A DNA stretch of 32,502 nucleotides, from positions 1 to 32,502 of the forward strand of contig DASXAN010000859.1 of NCBI GenBank assembly GCA_036406755.1, given 5' to 3'. Source of the DNA: Gemmataceae bacterium. Its GTDB lineage: Bacteria; Planctomycetota; Planctomycetia; Gemmatales; Gemmataceae. Made by a program: the position numbers and the translations under genes. This document shows positions 31,064-32,502 of this stretch, in pieces (within the stretch, counting starts at the first letter, position 1; every line of letters begins with the position of its first letter). The notes under the pieces were generated by a model. The model saw nothing but the letters and a program-made list of their open reading frames with translations. It was not told the origin of the DNA and ran no database searches.

Positions 31064-32502
31064 CTACCACCACCAGCATTCGGTCCGCAGGAAGCGGAGG
31101 GCCCGGTCGAATAGGATCCCGCCGAGCGGCCGCGGGCCCGTGCAGACGCGGCCGTAACCGGTCATCCCCGGCCGAAGTCCCGGCCGGCAATCGCCGAGCC
31201 GGCAATACACGGTGACGGTACTCTGCGCGTCCCCGCGCCCGGCCGCGGGGGCGATCCGGTCCACGCGGGCGGTCAGGGTTTCAAAGGGCAGCGTGCGTAC
31301 CCGGAGTGCGGCCGCCTGGCCCGGCCGCACCCGCCCCACGTCCTCCTCGGGGATGGCGATCTCAACCTCCAGGCACTCCGGCTCCTCGACCAGACAGATC
31401 AGCTCGCCCTCCCGCACGTACTGACCGACCTTTTCCTTCAGCCGCGGTGTCGTGACCAGCCCCGGCACGGGGCTGTGGACCGCCAGCCGGTCCCGGAGCT
31501 GCTCCAGGTAGCCGGCCTCCTCCTGCAGTCGGGCCAGCCGGGCGCGCTCGGCCTCGACCTCCTCGGCCCGCGGGCCGGCCTCCAGCAGCCTCAGGGCGGC
31601 CTGGGCGTCGGCCAGTTCCCTCTCCCGGCGGGCCAGTTCCGTCTCGGCGTCCAACGTGCCCCGCGCCTCGCGGGCGCGTTTCTCCGCCCGGGCCTGTTCG
31701 AGCTGGGCCTGACACACGTGGTCCCGCCGCTGGGCCTCCTCGTACTGTTCGGCGGGGATGGCGTTGCCGAGCAGGCGGGCCGCGCGGCGGGTGGCGCTCT
31801 GGGCCGCGACCAGTTCGGCCTGACACTGGGTGATGTACTTGTCCAGCCGGGCCAGGTCCGTCTCGTAGGCCAGCCGCAGGCGGCCCAGGTCGTGCCGGGC
31901 CAGGTCGTGCCACGCCCCCGCCCGCTCCACCCGACGGCGCTGTTCCGCGACCTCCTCGGGGCGCGCCCCGGACTCCAGGAGGCGCAGCCTCGCCTGGGCC
32001 TCGCGCACCTCGGCCCTCTTCTGGGTCAGGCGGCTGGCCAGGTCGGGCACCTCCAGCCGTGCCACCGGCGCCCCGGGCGAAACCCGGTCGCCCTCGTCGC
32101 AGTAGACCTCGCGGAGGAAGCCGGCGGCCGGGGCCCGCAGCTCCGCCCGGGTCGCCGGGCGGAGCTGGAACGTGCCGCCCGCCCGGTCCTCGATCTGGAT
32201 GACACACGGCCCCGCGACCAGGCCTCCCAGCGCCAGGGCCCACACGACCGCCCGCTTGCGGCGCATCCGGATCATCGTGCTCACCTCCCCGGCACAGAAC
32301 CCACAGAACAGGCCGGGCGTGGCCGCCAGCCCCACCAGGGCGACGACTCCCAGCCCCACCCACCCCCACCGCGCCCCCAGGACCCGGAGGATCGCCGCGA
32401 GCGCCACGGCGAGAAAGGCGAACGAACACAACCAGGCCGCCAGGCCGAAGCCCGCCAGCAGCCCGCCGTGCGGCTCGCCGTCCGCCGCCGGCGCCCCCCA
32501 GA
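31064..32502 (-). CDS. HlyD-family membrane-fusion/periplasmic adaptor protein, apparently fused in frame to an upstream polytopic membrane segment; the 5' end is outside the window
   Basis: Track ORF 31064..32431 begins at a TTG, but the frame stays open to the window edge with high GC3 and hydrophobic sequence (LLAGFGLAAWLCSFAFLAVALAAILRVLG…VGLGVVALVGLAATPGLFCGFCAG). The adaptor part is MIRMRRKRAVVWALALGGLVAGP…LRAPAAGFLREVYCDEGDRVSPGAPVARLE…, then a long coiled coil, then …HSPVPGLVTTPRLKEKVGQYVREGELICLVEEPECLEVEIAIPEEDVGRVRPGQAAALRVRTLPF. The internal ATG 32275 has GGAGGTG 6 nt upstream. Confidence 0.8.
   Translation of the reverse strand, partial: WGAPAADGEPHGGLLAGFGLAAWLCSFAFLAVALAAILRVLGARWGWVGLGVVALVGLAATPGLFCGFCAGEVSTMIRMRRKRAVVWALALGGLVAGPCVIQIEDRAGGTFQLRPATRAELRAPAAGFLREVYCDEGDRVSPGAPVARLEVPDLASRLTQKRAEVREAQARLRLLESGARPEEVAEQRRRVERAGAWHDLARHDLGRLRLAYETDLARLDKYITQCQAELVAAQSATRRAARLLGNAIPAEQYEEAQRRDHVCQAQLEQARAEKRAREARGTLDAETELARRERELADAQAALRLLEAGPRAEEVEAERARLARLQEEAGYLEQLRDRLAVHSPVPGLVTTPRLKEKVGQYVREGELICLVEEPECLEVEIAIPEEDVGRVRPGQAAALRVRTLPFETLTARVDRIAPAAGRGDAQSTVTVYCRLGDCRPGLRPGMTGYGRVCTGPRPLGGILFDRALRFLRTECWWW

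Noticed and set aside
24008-31114. Plus-strand small ORFs running through the 48-nt elements. They give similar peptides: MRRRGVKRVRRESPFFGVV (copy C), MRRGGVKHVSRDGVFFRIV (copy B) and VRRRRPKHVRRTSVFFGRP (copy A).
   Set aside because: The similarity stops at the element boundary and the downstream sequences are unrelated and Arg/Pro-rich. The nucleotide differences are clustered rather than at wobble positions. Copy A also lacks a start codon at the aligned position. The peptide similarity is a by-product of DNA-level conservation.

Overview
This is a high-GC (roughly 70%) bacterial segment. It looks planctomycete-like (inference): very large secreted repeat proteins, an N-terminal 'LEPLETRLAP'-type motif, ECF sigma/Hanks kinase pairing, PEP-CTERM tails and dockerin-like EF-hand repeats. 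All domain calls are motif recognition by eye; no searches were run. I support 12 reasonably solid protein genes, two of them cut by the window edges, plus two weak calls: a possible gene fragment and a pseudogene remnant.

Gene order:
- Partial Ser/Thr kinase (1-443, -) co-directional with an ECF-type sigma factor (452-1051, -).
- Divergent from them, a ~2000-aa beta-strand-repeat surface protein with a PEP-CTERM tail (1289-7327, +).
- A ~1.2 kb decayed region (7330-8579).
- A lipocalin-like secreted protein (8580-9023, -).
- Two tightly linked secreted enzyme-like genes (9256-11394 and 11410-14091, -).
- A 700-nt gene-free divergent spacer, then a DUF1684 gene (14792-15691, +).
- A 16.7 kb co-directional minus-strand block: membrane-domain/HlyD-type adaptor (31064 to beyond 32502), beta-helix secreted protein (28581-30881), Ser/Thr kinase with TPR repeats (25259-28513), a small protein with a sorting-tail-like C-terminus (24180-24980), and a 2753-aa RHS/YD-repeat giant (15771-24032).

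Most interesting observations:
- A 48-nt conserved element occurs three times in the same orientation with identical internal spacing. Each copy sits in front of one of three secreted-protein genes in the minus-strand block.
- The RHS giant has a canonical C-terminal DPxGL core motif, but it is followed by a 623-aa non-toxin-like tail and no immunity-type gene.
- The sigma-linked kinase carries a ZAS-like HxxxCxxC motif.

No rRNA, tRNA, CRISPR array, transposase or integrase was recognised. Most long alternative-frame ORFs in the track are high-GC artefacts.
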